A stretch of 64,000 nt of DNA from Lytechinus pictus (taxonomy: Eukaryota): NCBI RefSeq assembly GCF_037042905.1, contig NC_087252.1:25112001-25176000 (forward strand), given 5' to 3'. Positions 59,101-64,000 of this stretch are shown here, in pieces (the stretch's first letter is position 1; each line of letters starts with the position of its first letter). A program made the position numbers and the translations under genes. A model generated the notes under the pieces. That model was not told the DNA's origin and made no database searches. It saw only the letters and a program-made list of their open reading frames with translations.

Positions 59101-62100
59101 AGGACGAGGAAGATGAGGAAAATAAACAAGACTTATATCGAGGAGTAGGACTGAGGAGGATAACACTAACAATAGTCAGATGATGATCAAGATAAATAAA
59201 TAAAAAAACAATAAATATATAGGTAAGTAAGCATAAGCCATCCTCCTGCAAGTAAAATAGATATTCAACCAGTCACAGTAATATTTGCCACCGGATTATG
59301 TGACTTAAAGTTACCTGATTAACTATTTTTTTTTTTTTTTTATCCGTCTCACCTATCTCGCCTTGTCCACAGCCAGTCTCGTCTTCATAGTTGCTGTAAG
59401 AACCACAATCAACGTAAAAATCACATTGCCATTGCTCTGGTATACATTTGCCGTTGTCACATGTGAACTCATCGCTTTCACATTCACCTGTAAAAAGATG
59501 ATTGGTTTCAGTAAAAAAATTAAATATGTCAATACTCTCTAAAAATCCTTGTTACACAATGTTACCTCTAATAAAGGATACTTTTCAAATTCTAGATTAG
59601 ATTTTCCAATCTAAATTCAGTGAAAAAAAAAATTGAATGAACAGTCTGCTTTATATAAACCATTTCTCAGTGGTGCTGTATGATATTCTACTACCAAAGA
59701 AAGAGGGGGGTTGCACATGCTTGATAAAAAACTATAAGTGGAGCACCTCTGGCAGTCCTGCTTGCATTACGTGATTTAAAATAACAGCAGTGCTGACTTT
59801 GAAAACAACTACAGAATAATCATTCACAAAAAACACCATTCATATGATGATAAAATACTATGTTCCTTGACCCTAAATGACATTAGACCTTGATCGTGTG
59901 ACCGAAGGCTTGTGCAAGACAATCAGAGACACTTGATTCCCCTTTTGTCCACATTTCATGAAGTGAACTAATGTAGATCCATGAACTTTCAAAGTTACGA
60001 ATGCAATTCAACAAATTCCCCTAACACGGCCAAAGTTCATTGACCTTGGTCATGTGACCTGAAACTCACGAAGGATGTTCACTGATGCATGATTACTCTT
60101 ATGTCCTAGTTTCATGAACTAGATCCATATACTTCCAGAGTTATGACATTTAAAAAACTTAACCTTCTCTAACATAGTTTAAGTTCATTGACCCTAAATG
60201 ACCTTTTACCTGTCATATGAACTGAAATTCAAAAAGTATGTTTAGTAATAATTGATTACCCTTATGTCCTAGTTTTATGAAATAGGCCCATATACTTTCT
60301 AAGTTATGATATCTAAAAAACTTAACCTTTGGTTAAGATTGGATGTTAACAACGCCGCCCCAGTCGGAAAAGCGGCGCCTATAGTTTCGCACTGCTATGC
60401 AGGCAAGCCAAAAACTAACATGACTGAATTACTTATTGCTGGAGCACTGACTCAGCTTGTGTAACCCCAATCCCCTCGAGGAGAAACCCTCCCCAACAAA
60501 AATTTTATTTGAAAAACAAGAGAAATACCAAACAAGTATAACCCCAGAATTTTCATGATTTTCATTACCTTGATCAGGCGCTCAAGCATTCAAGGAATTC
60601 CTTCCTACTGGGTACAAATTTACAACACCTGGGTAAAGAGTGGCAAATGTAGATAAATGCCTTGCCAAAGGACGCGTGGGCTAAAGTGGGATTTGAACCC
60701 CAGCCCTTGTGGTTCAAAGTCCGGAGACTTATCCACTGAGCCACAATACCTCTACATAATGTGTCAAACCATTTTGCAGAAAATATATACATGTAATTAC
60801 AGAGTAATGAACAAATTAAGATCAGAAAAATTACTGAAAAAGGCCTATCCATTTAAAGAGTGGTCTCACTTTTTTTTTATTGTGTTAGCTACATGAGCAA
60901 GAGCACATGGTAATGAAATGATCACAATTTTAAGTAACCCTTGATTATTTCAATTAAATTTTGTTGTTTCAAATAAGCAGTCTGGCATTTAATACACACT
61001 TTATGATTGTTTCCAACCAATCCCCAACAAAATTAGATTTCTATGGTAAGAAAAAAAATCACAGTGAAAACTACTTGTTTTTCCACTTACCACATAATTG
61101 CTCATCTTCTCCCATTCGACATTGATCAAAGTAGTCGCATCGCAAGGTTTCATGGACGCAGGTACCGTCAGTGCAGCGGAAAAACCCATCAGGGCAAGGA
61201 TCCCCTGGTTTTCAAAATACAAGGAATATGAAATATGATCATCATCATCATAACAAGAATAATCATAATGATAATAATAGTACCGATAATAATAGTAATG
61301 ATAATAATAATAACAATAATAATAAAACAATAATGAATTATAGAGACATCTGGTTTATGCCAGTTTTTCTCTTATTGCCTCATTTTGTGAATCAATGCTT
61401 AGGCCTATACATCGGGATGTGATCAAGGAAAAGATGTTGGAAATTCATTGATATAACAACTAACAGGAAGACTTCCATCAGTTAATAAGTAGGGGATCCA
61501 TGTGGGTTCGACAAAATACCATATGGGGCCCATTTTGTTTGTTTACAATTGTGGGGGCCTGGCTAAAATATTTAGTCCAATCTGACTGGATCAACAACTG
61601 AGATAAATACATACACGTACAGGCGTAAATGTAATGAAATATATTATATTTTTCAATGCTACAAAGAGTGATTTGTGCCAGATAATGAAAACATTATTAC
61701 AATTGTTATTCAATCAAAACCATGCATAATAATGATAAGATTCCATGGCCAAGTGGTCTAAAGGCCATCGCACACCTTACGACTGTTCGCGATCCGATTT
61801 TGGAACAAATCGCATTTTGCTCATTTTCTGAAAATGTGAATGGAACTTATCATTTTATTTGAGATTAAAATTAATTGAAAGAATACTTTTATAACTATTT
61901 TGAAAGATTGCAAGCCTTTATTTTGGAGTAAAGGCCAAATTAGTTTCAAATCGTAGCCAATCGTACGACTGCTATGACGTCATTCCGACTAGATATTAAA
62001 TTTGCTTTTATTCTAAGAAGGATGATAGCATATAGTCAAAAATTTGAACATAGGTATTCGTATGATGATTTCGAACATTACACGGTATGATATTCCAAGT

Positions 62101-62805
62101 CTCAATATTAGCATCAAATTCTACTACGTTTTATTCCAAAATTGAGTCGCAGACCAATCGTAAGGTGTGCGGTCGCCTTAAGGCGCCTGACTGTACATGG
62201 AAAGTCCAGGGTTCAATCCTCGGCCACGGCACTTATGCCCATGAGCAAGGCATTTAATCGACAGTGCTCTTTTATCCTGCATTCAAATAAATGAAAATGC
62301 TATATGAATTCTTGGTAACGAAAAGTGCACTTTTTTTGAAAATAATGCTAAGATAATGCTTATTTGGCTTATAGTTTAATAGCAATTATTGTCCTATAAA
62401 TTATCAATAAACATATATGCAGAGCCAAATACCATATATTCATAACAATTTGAAACTTAATTGTAATATCTCGGCAGTCTATCACTTTTACATTCTTCTC
62501 TTTCTTTCCTCTCCTCCTTATTCTTACATTTTATTTTGTTTTCTTGAATGCAAAACCAGTTTAAAGGTGCTTCAACCAATCAAGCTTTTAGCTTATGTTG
62601 TAACACCTTTGTATGTTCCTTATTTACTTGTGTTTCATATATATATTTATATATTATCTGTGTATTCTTTTACATTGTACATTGTGAACATGCATGAATA
62701 AATAAATAAATAGTGTATATTATGAATAAACATTGAAACTGTGAGACGAACCTGGAGTGATGCTCTCTGGGATACTTATGCCATCGACTGTTACTGGAAC
62801 ACGTA
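1897..62805 (-). CDS. Partial multi-exon gene: very large extracellular LDLa/CUB mosaic protein (24 LDLa + 8 CUB-like domains in window; both ends outside window)
   Basis: 34 exons with AG acceptors and GT (one GC) donors splice into one open frame of about 5907 nt; I checked the junction codons and found no stops. LDLa pattern C-x-F-x-C-x-C-I-x-C-D-x-D-C-x-D-E-x-C; CUB pattern SPxYP...F...G.G...GF. Confidence 0.93.
2438..3394. mobile_element. Helentron/DINE/pearl-like non-autonomous element with internal tandem repeats of about 140-200 bp
   Basis: Subterminal IR gtctcacctgcat (2459) / atgcaggtgagac (3377), tgacctttgaccttg repeats, (GCC)n near the end, A-run flanks; second copy at 59735-60410. 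Confidence 0.75.
3510..3635 (-). CDS. LDLa exon [42 protein letters not shown]
   Basis: 126 nt, AG/GTAAG. Confidence 0.92.
4222..4341 (-). CDS. LDLa exon [40 protein letters not shown]
   Basis: 120 nt, AG/GTAAG; not in the ORF track, read directly. Confidence 0.92.
5426..5716 (-). mobile_element. tRNA-derived SINE copy with a templated insertion
   Basis: Near-identical to 34117-34385 except at 5592-5634. Confidence 0.85.
6132..6248 (-). CDS. LDLa exon [39 protein letters not shown]
   Basis: 117 nt, AG/GTATG. Confidence 0.93.
7300..8385. repeat. Degenerate minisatellite of about 42-46 bp (interrupted at about 7395-7665)
   Basis: cagtcaggccttggccttggctatgtccttgggcagtctgtt units. Confidence 0.85.
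8423..8554 (-). CDS. LDLa exon [44 protein letters not shown]
   Basis: 132 nt, AG/GTATG. Confidence 0.93.
9538..9882 (-). CDS. CUB-like exon ([22 protein letters not shown]...[14 protein letters not shown])
   Basis: 345 nt, AG/GTGAG. Confidence 0.92.
10310..10645. repeat. Tandem repeat of about 90-105 bp with poly-G
   Basis: acactaattcactaatcaatacattgcaat x4. Confidence 0.8.
11815..11949 (-). CDS. LDLa exon [44 protein letters not shown]
   Basis: 135 nt, AG/GTAAG. Confidence 0.92.
11955..12540. repeat. Degenerate tandem repeat of about 65-80 bp abutting an exon acceptor
   Basis: agggcggtttcat...aaaatcagtaat units. Confidence 0.75.
12797..13498. mobile_element. TTAA-CCC poly-G MITE (piggyBac-like), family copy 1
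   Basis: TTAA|CCCTA...TAGGG|TTAA; shared core gagaccaaatttg...cgggtacgcggttccgaaattacgcaacatt. Confidence 0.8.
13990..14118 (-). CDS. LDLa exon [42 protein letters not shown]
   Basis: 129 nt, AG/GTAAG. Confidence 0.92.
14204..15075 (+). mobile_element. Possible solo LTR
   Basis: TGTAA...TAACA ends, TATATAAG near 14540, AATAAA near 15010; TSD imperfect. Confidence 0.4.
15380..15635. repeat. (CTT/CTC)n microsatellite
   Basis: Directly visible. Confidence 0.9.
15728..16816. mobile_element. About 1.1-kb non-autonomous DNA transposon
   Basis: gcagtcagaccgcaggtccc / gggacctgccgtctgactgc TIRs; internal IR cgggtcaagatcacactttt. Confidence 0.6.
16878..17030 (-). CDS. LDLa exon [51 protein letters not shown]
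   Basis: 153 nt, AG/GTAAG. Confidence 0.9.
17658..17999 (-). CDS. CUB-like exon (VNISLSEG...RSPGYP...CYYLW...FHCG...[13 protein letters not shown])
   Basis: 342 nt, AG/GTAAG; ORF 17650..17967. Confidence 0.92.
18179..18729. mobile_element. MITE with about 45-bp CCCGGG TIRs and 8-bp TSD (attagatt)
   Basis: TIR cccggggggccactt...gagtggataccatgcgcgacca; exact TSD on both sides. Confidence 0.88.
19060..19188 (-). CDS. LDLa exon [43 protein letters not shown]
   Basis: 129 nt, AG/GTTTG. Confidence 0.9.
19948..20699. mobile_element. TTAA-CCC poly-G MITE copy 2
   Basis: TTAA TSD, same core. Confidence 0.82.
21457..22197. mobile_element. TTAA-CCC poly-G MITE copy 3
   Basis: CCCT...AGGG|TTAA, same core. 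Confidence 0.78.
22394..22501 (-). CDS. LDLa exon [36 protein letters not shown]
   Basis: 108 nt, AG/GTAAG. Confidence 0.91.
22535..23729. mobile_element. Helentron/DINE-like element with internal repeats and GGAC microsatellite
   Basis: Recurrent aattctgtgtacaag...aaaatcggtcaacaaat units; ggacggacgacagacgacggac near the end. Confidence 0.55.
23737..24260. repeat. Inverted duplication of about 160 bp with about 205-bp spacer
   Basis: 23737-23892 vs 24097-24260 are reverse-complementary. Confidence 0.85.
24336..24440 (-). CDS. LDLa exon [35 protein letters not shown]
   Basis: 105 nt, AG/GTGAG. Confidence 0.91.
25979..26208. mobile_element. About 90-bp near-perfect inverted repeat with 50-bp spacer; probable Penelope-like retroelement terminal remnant
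   Basis: 25979-26068 vs 26119-26208 are reverse complements with few mismatches; contains the hammerhead-like motif. Confidence 0.6.
26156..26194 (+). ncRNA. Minimal type I hammerhead-ribozyme-like motif (Penelope-type variant)
   Basis: GCCT-CCGACGA-A-GATTCT(GCT)AGGATC-GAAA-GCTT-AGGC: stem I, variant core, 6-bp stem II, palindromic stem III. Confidence 0.5.
26444..27044. mobile_element. MITE with cccccattccaca TIR and gaaagac/gatcttt low-complexity interior
   Basis: cccccattccacaga / tgtgtggaatggggg. Confidence 0.65.
27078..27224 (-). CDS. LDLa exon [49 protein letters not shown]
   Basis: 147 nt, TAG/GTAGG. Confidence 0.9.
27456..28047. mobile_element. TTAA-AG palindromic MITE (Kolobok-like termini)
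   Basis: ttaaagaggaatcca...tggattcccctttaa. Confidence 0.75.
28240..28827. mobile_element. TTAA-AGG MITE (aggtcaagtcca...tggacttgtcct)
   Basis: TTAA TSD; homologous to 39435-40172. Confidence 0.8.
28971..29235. mobile_element. hAT-like MITE, CAG...CTG, 8-bp TSD gtttcatc/gtttcatt
   Basis: caggtgcggatccagg / cctggatccgcccctg. Confidence 0.75.
29970..30345. mobile_element. Inverted-repeat element (29-bp IR) in a (TA)n tract, carrying the tRNA-like gene
   Basis: ttgtgaaagaaatgaatgaagagaacaat (29970-29998) is the exact reverse complement of 30317-30345. Confidence 0.75.
30070..30141 (-). tRNA. tRNA-like gene with complete cloverleaf and anticodon TCA, followed by T6 terminator (functional status unknown)
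   Basis: GTCTCTG TG GTCT AGTGGTTA AGGC A CCGGC CTTCAAA GCTGG GGGC CCGGG TTCGATT CCTGG CAGAGAC A TTTTTT; all four stems pair (some G-U pairs); A and B boxes intact. Confidence 0.65.
30426..30770 (-). CDS. CUB-like exon (VQENL...[11 protein letters not shown]...FHGGPYG...IPIEKA)
   Basis: 345 nt, AG/GTCAG; ORF 30397..30771. Confidence 0.92.
31507..31647 (-). CDS. LDLa exon [46 protein letters not shown]
   Basis: 141 nt, AAG/GTGAG. Confidence 0.9.
31747..32330. mobile_element. TTAA-AGG palindromic MITE nested in a GGGGCC MITE (about 31715-32482)
   Basis: aggagaatgaaac...gtttcattctcct with TTAA TSD; related copy at 43112-43693. Confidence 0.8.
33899..34015 (-). CDS. LDLa exon [39 protein letters not shown](C)
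   Basis: 117 nt, AG/GTAAG; last Cys split T|GT. Confidence 0.91.
34117..34385 (-). mobile_element. tRNA-derived SINE, full length
   Basis: A box TGGTCTAGTGG, B box GGTTCGAATCC, shared body cacctgggtcgagt, (TTA)-like tail; multiple copies in window. Confidence 0.85.
34940..35290. repeat. (CAT/CAC)n microsatellite
   Basis: Directly visible. Confidence 0.95.
35355..35495 (-). CDS. LDLa exon [47 protein letters not shown]
   Basis: 141 nt, AG/GTCAG. Confidence 0.92.
35631..36330. mobile_element. TTAA-CCC poly-G MITE, diverged, opposite orientation
   Basis: ggtctcaaaagttgcgcgagact and ccccagacttttagggttaa. Confidence 0.65.
36622..36960 (-). CDS. CUB-like exon (TNITLAMG...TSQNWP...[12 protein letters not shown])
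   Basis: 339 nt, AG/GTATG, phase 1-1. Confidence 0.9.
37473..37607 (-). CDS. LDLa exon [45 protein letters not shown]
   Basis: 135 nt, AG/GTAAG. Confidence 0.92.
38403..38820. mobile_element. MITE with CAGACCTGCCAAC TIR and 6-bp TSD tatttg
   Basis: TIRs and TSD visible; relative at 50651-51095. Confidence 0.72.
39209..39325 (-). CDS. LDLa exon [39 protein letters not shown] with GC donor
   Basis: 117 nt; the only frame-preserving donor I found is G|GCAAGT. Confidence 0.88.
39435..40172. mobile_element. TTAA-AGG MITE with nested SINE 3' fragment (about 39675-39818)
   Basis: TIRs and TTAA TSD; inserted SINE tail ending in (TTA)n. Confidence 0.8.
41283..41405 (-). CDS. LDLa exon [40 protein letters not shown]
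   Basis: 123 nt, AG/GTAAG, phase 1-1. Confidence 0.91.
41562..42316. mobile_element. TTAA-CCC poly-G MITE copy 5
   Basis: TTAA|CCCTAA...TTAGGG|TTAA, same core. Confidence 0.82.
42573..42704 (-). CDS. LDLa exon [43 protein letters not shown]
   Basis: 132 nt, AG/GTAAG, phase 1-1. Confidence 0.91.
43112..43693. mobile_element. Relative of the 31747-32330 MITE
   Basis: aggggaatgaaaccc...ggtttcattt, shared gttatgagcatttgaata. Confidence 0.7.
44278..44743. mobile_element. Diverged relative of the CCCGGG MITE, TSD ctgtccat/ctctccat
   Basis: Repeated ccctaaacaag/ccctaaacacg motifs; truncates another MITE at 44027-44277. Confidence 0.6.
44895..45239 (-). CDS. CUB-like exon (VHQDV...[11 protein letters not shown]...[13 protein letters not shown])
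   Basis: 345 nt, AG/GTGAG, phase 1-1; ORF 44701..45318. Confidence 0.92.
46508..46639 (-). CDS. LDLa exon [43 protein letters not shown]
   Basis: 132 nt, AG/GTAAG, phase 1-1. Confidence 0.92.
46731..47540. mobile_element. Head-to-tail dimer of an approximately 400-bp GAAGAG...CTCTTC MITE, 4-bp TSD attt
   Basis: Units 46731-47146 and 47149-47540, each with ttgcaaaagggg ttaggtcc TIRs. Confidence 0.75.
49169..49554. mobile_element. Second copy (inverted) of the 61762-62178 MITE
   Basis: Long reverse-complement identity. Confidence 0.8.
49667..49889 (-). CDS. C-terminal part of split CUB-like domain ([21 protein letters not shown]...[18 protein letters not shown])
   Basis: 223 nt, CAG/GTAAG, phase 0-1; 122+223=345 nt, the same as intact CUB exons. 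Confidence 0.88.
49965..50135 (+). pseudogene. L2/CR1-type LINE ORF2 C-terminal fragment
   Basis: [37 protein letters not shown] resembles the HITP-LHWLP-RI-FK motif. Confidence 0.7.
50311..50598 (-). mobile_element. tRNA-derived SINE (related subfamily)
   Basis: Same body and boxes; further copies at 57520-57802, 60574-60746 and 18738-18870. Confidence 0.8.
50651..51095. mobile_element. MITE with CAGACCTGCCAAC TIR and 6-bp TSD taaaac
   Basis: Perfect TIR, exact TSD. Confidence 0.8.
51635..51956. mobile_element. TTAA-CCAC MITE (piggyBac-like)
   Basis: ttaaccacttgactgc / gcagccaagtggttaa; duplicated palindrome cacgtaatattacgtg. Confidence 0.72.
52326..52973. mobile_element. Second copy of the CCCGGG MITE, 8-bp TSD tgtgaacc
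   Basis: Near-identical to 18179-18729 with an internal duplication; exact TSD. Confidence 0.88.
53082..53203 (-). CDS. N-terminal part of split CUB-like domain ([22 protein letters not shown]...GYRIR)
   Basis: 122 nt, AG/GTAGG, phase 1-0. Confidence 0.88.
54755..55110. repeat. Tandem repeat of about 155 bp with SINE-like body
   Basis: cctgggtggagag x3. Confidence 0.75.
55324..55458 (-). CDS. LDLa exon [44 protein letters not shown]
   Basis: 135 nt, AG/GTAAA, phase 1-1. Confidence 0.92.
   Translation of the reverse strand, partial: VLVIQIVHSDVRPMRGAFQLPGCVMGISIAPIFLTKHRAGGQIL
56182..56519. repeat. 169-bp tandem duplication spanning an exon 3' end and its donor
   Basis: 56182-56350 vs 56351-56519, few mismatches. 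Confidence 0.92.
56482..56601 (-). CDS. LDLa exon [40 protein letters not shown](C)
   Basis: 120 nt, AG/GTGAG; sixth Cys codon (T|GT) is split across the junction. Confidence 0.92.
56630..56824 (-). mobile_element. tRNA-headed SINE of a second family
   Basis: GGCGCGATAGCTCAGTCGGTAGAGC...GGTTCGATTCC running into a non-tRNA body; no closed acceptor stem. Confidence 0.7.
57044..57201. mobile_element. Short palindromic GGGCC...GGCCC MITE (relatives at about 10023-10148 and 47584-47745)
   Basis: Near-perfect hairpin with a gattctgattggct centre. Confidence 0.7.
57354..57503 (-). CDS. LDLa exon [50 protein letters not shown]
   Basis: 150 nt, AG/GTAAG, phase 1-1. Confidence 0.92.
57520..57802 (-). 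mobile_element. tRNA-derived SINE
   Basis: Homologous to 50311-50598. Confidence 0.78.
58518..58871 (-). CDS. CUB-like exon (VNITLVQG...PSYPNPYP...[12 protein letters not shown])
   Basis: 354 nt, AG/GTGAG, phase 1-1; within ORF 58486..59172. Confidence 0.9.
58895..59120. repeat. (GAG/GAA)n purine tract immediately upstream of a CUB acceptor
   Basis: Directly visible. Confidence 0.9.
59353..59487 (-). CDS. LDLa exon [45 protein letters not shown]
   Basis: 135 nt, AG/GTGAG, phase 1-1. Confidence 0.93.
   Translation of the reverse strand: MNVKAMSSHVTTANVYQSNGNVIFTLIVVLTATMKTRLAVDKAR
59735..60410. mobile_element. Second, more diverged copy of the 2438-3394 element
   Basis: Shares cctctggc, cagcagtgctgactttgaaaac and cggaaaagcggcgcctatagt motifs. 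Confidence 0.75.
61091..61204 (-). CDS. LDLa exon [38 protein letters not shown]
   Basis: 114 nt, AG/GTAAG, phase 1-1, six Cys. Confidence 0.92.
61762..62178. mobile_element. PIF/Harbinger-like MITE (TAA TSD) inserted into a SINE A-box region
   Basis: aggccatcgcacaccttacga / tcgtaaggtgtgcggtcgcct; empty site reconstitutes TGGCCAAGTGGTCTAAGGCGCC. Confidence 0.82.
62752..62805 (-). CDS. Probable short linker exon ([17 protein letters not shown]), possibly near the N-terminus
   Basis: Strong acceptor ttttctctacag, 54 nt, phase 1-1, open frame, weaker donor GTTCGT. Confidence 0.6.
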
Positions 62806-64000
62806 CTGTAGAGAAAAAAGAAATTACTGTCCACTTTACGATATGTTTTATGTACACATGAGATTTCAGTATTGGAAAGGCATGCCAGGTGCTTATATCA
62901 AATTTTATTTAACTAATTCTTTTAATACATGCTTAAGATCAAAGATTAAGTATAAAATGTAGTCATTGAACATTTATAATGTAGGTTTTTTTGCATAAAA
63001 CTGAGCTTATTTTAATGGGGACTTGATCATAATAAATATATCCACATAATTTATCGCGATAAAATGTCTGAACAACAAATCAAAATGATAAAACTGTACC
63101 TTTTCAGACGGTAAAATTCTGTATTAATGGTACAATCTAGATGGCTATACAATTAGTAATCACATTATATGTACAGGGTGGAGAATATTATGGTCAGCCA
63201 GGTTGCAAGATACATATAATTGTATATTTCACATGCCTTGAATAATTTCTCCCAAAATGGAGAGACTCTCCTTGTTTTTACATTGAATGATGATAATAAC
63301 ATTGCTCAAATAACATTAGGAGGAATCATATTATTCAAATGTGTACTAGTTGATTGAATCTAAAATAAATCCTGTGAGAGCTTCTACGAATAACAAAACG
63401 AGGTTTGAAGTTTGGGGTTCACTCATCAGGCATGAGATTTGCACACTGTACTATTTCGGGTATTTACAGAGAATCTTCCCAATGACTTTAGTTAGTTGAT
63501 GGTTGGCTGGTCACAATCACTACATGTTATAAAAGAAACCACTCACTGTATCTTTTAGGGGACCATCAAAATGTCAAGCTCTGTTTTCCATTTGCAGGTT
63601 TTTACTAGTTTACAGACAAACCCAAATCCTTACATGTATTGTGTTTAATGCTTCGTGTACTGCCCTAGAGCAGTGAAAATTTGACATGTGATCATATTTT
63701 CAGCTGAAACTTTCTTAGAAATTGGAATCATTTTATTGGAATATTTGCTGTAAATATCAGTGGTAAATAGAGTGTATAAAATATATTCTTAATAATCTTT
63801 ACCAAACCGACTGGACAGGTTTTTGTTTGGTAAGGGCAATTTAAAATATTGAGTCTGCTATCAATTCTACAAATTCGATATTGGATTGACAAAAAACTTT
63901 GAAAACAAACACACACATATATACACACCCACACACACCTTTCTGATTTCTAACGCCCATTCCGTCAATTCTGAATTCAGAATACCGTAAAAGCGCATTA

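Noticed and set aside
1897..62805. Assigning LRP2, cubilin, matriptase or GRL101 gene symbols
   Set aside because: No EGF/YWTD, protease, LRR or 7TM domain is visible in the window, and the architecture matches none with confidence.

Overview
AT-rich, repeat-dense animal genomic DNA. The repeat landscape suggests an invertebrate deuterostome such as a sea urchin, but this is inference only. The whole window lies inside one very large minus-strand gene. I read 34 candidate exons (62805 to 1897, about 5.9 kb, about 1,970 codons, no in-frame stop). They encode 24 LDL-receptor class A (LDLa) modules and 8 mostly cysteine-free CUB-like domains, organised as a higher-order repeat [CUB-3xLDLa-CUB-4xLDLa]. 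The start codon and C-terminus are outside the window. Almost every exon is phase 1-1. One CUB is split by a unique phase-0 intron (probable intron gain) and one donor is GC. Introns are filled with MITEs, tRNA-derived SINEs, Helentron/DINE-like elements, minisatellites and LINE fragments. Non-coding highlights are a complete tRNA cloverleaf with a UCA (opal-reading) anticodon and Pol III terminator inside a 29-bp inverted-repeat element, a Penelope-type hammerhead-like motif in a 90-bp inverted repeat, tandem duplications of exon splice junctions, and a local inverted templated insertion.
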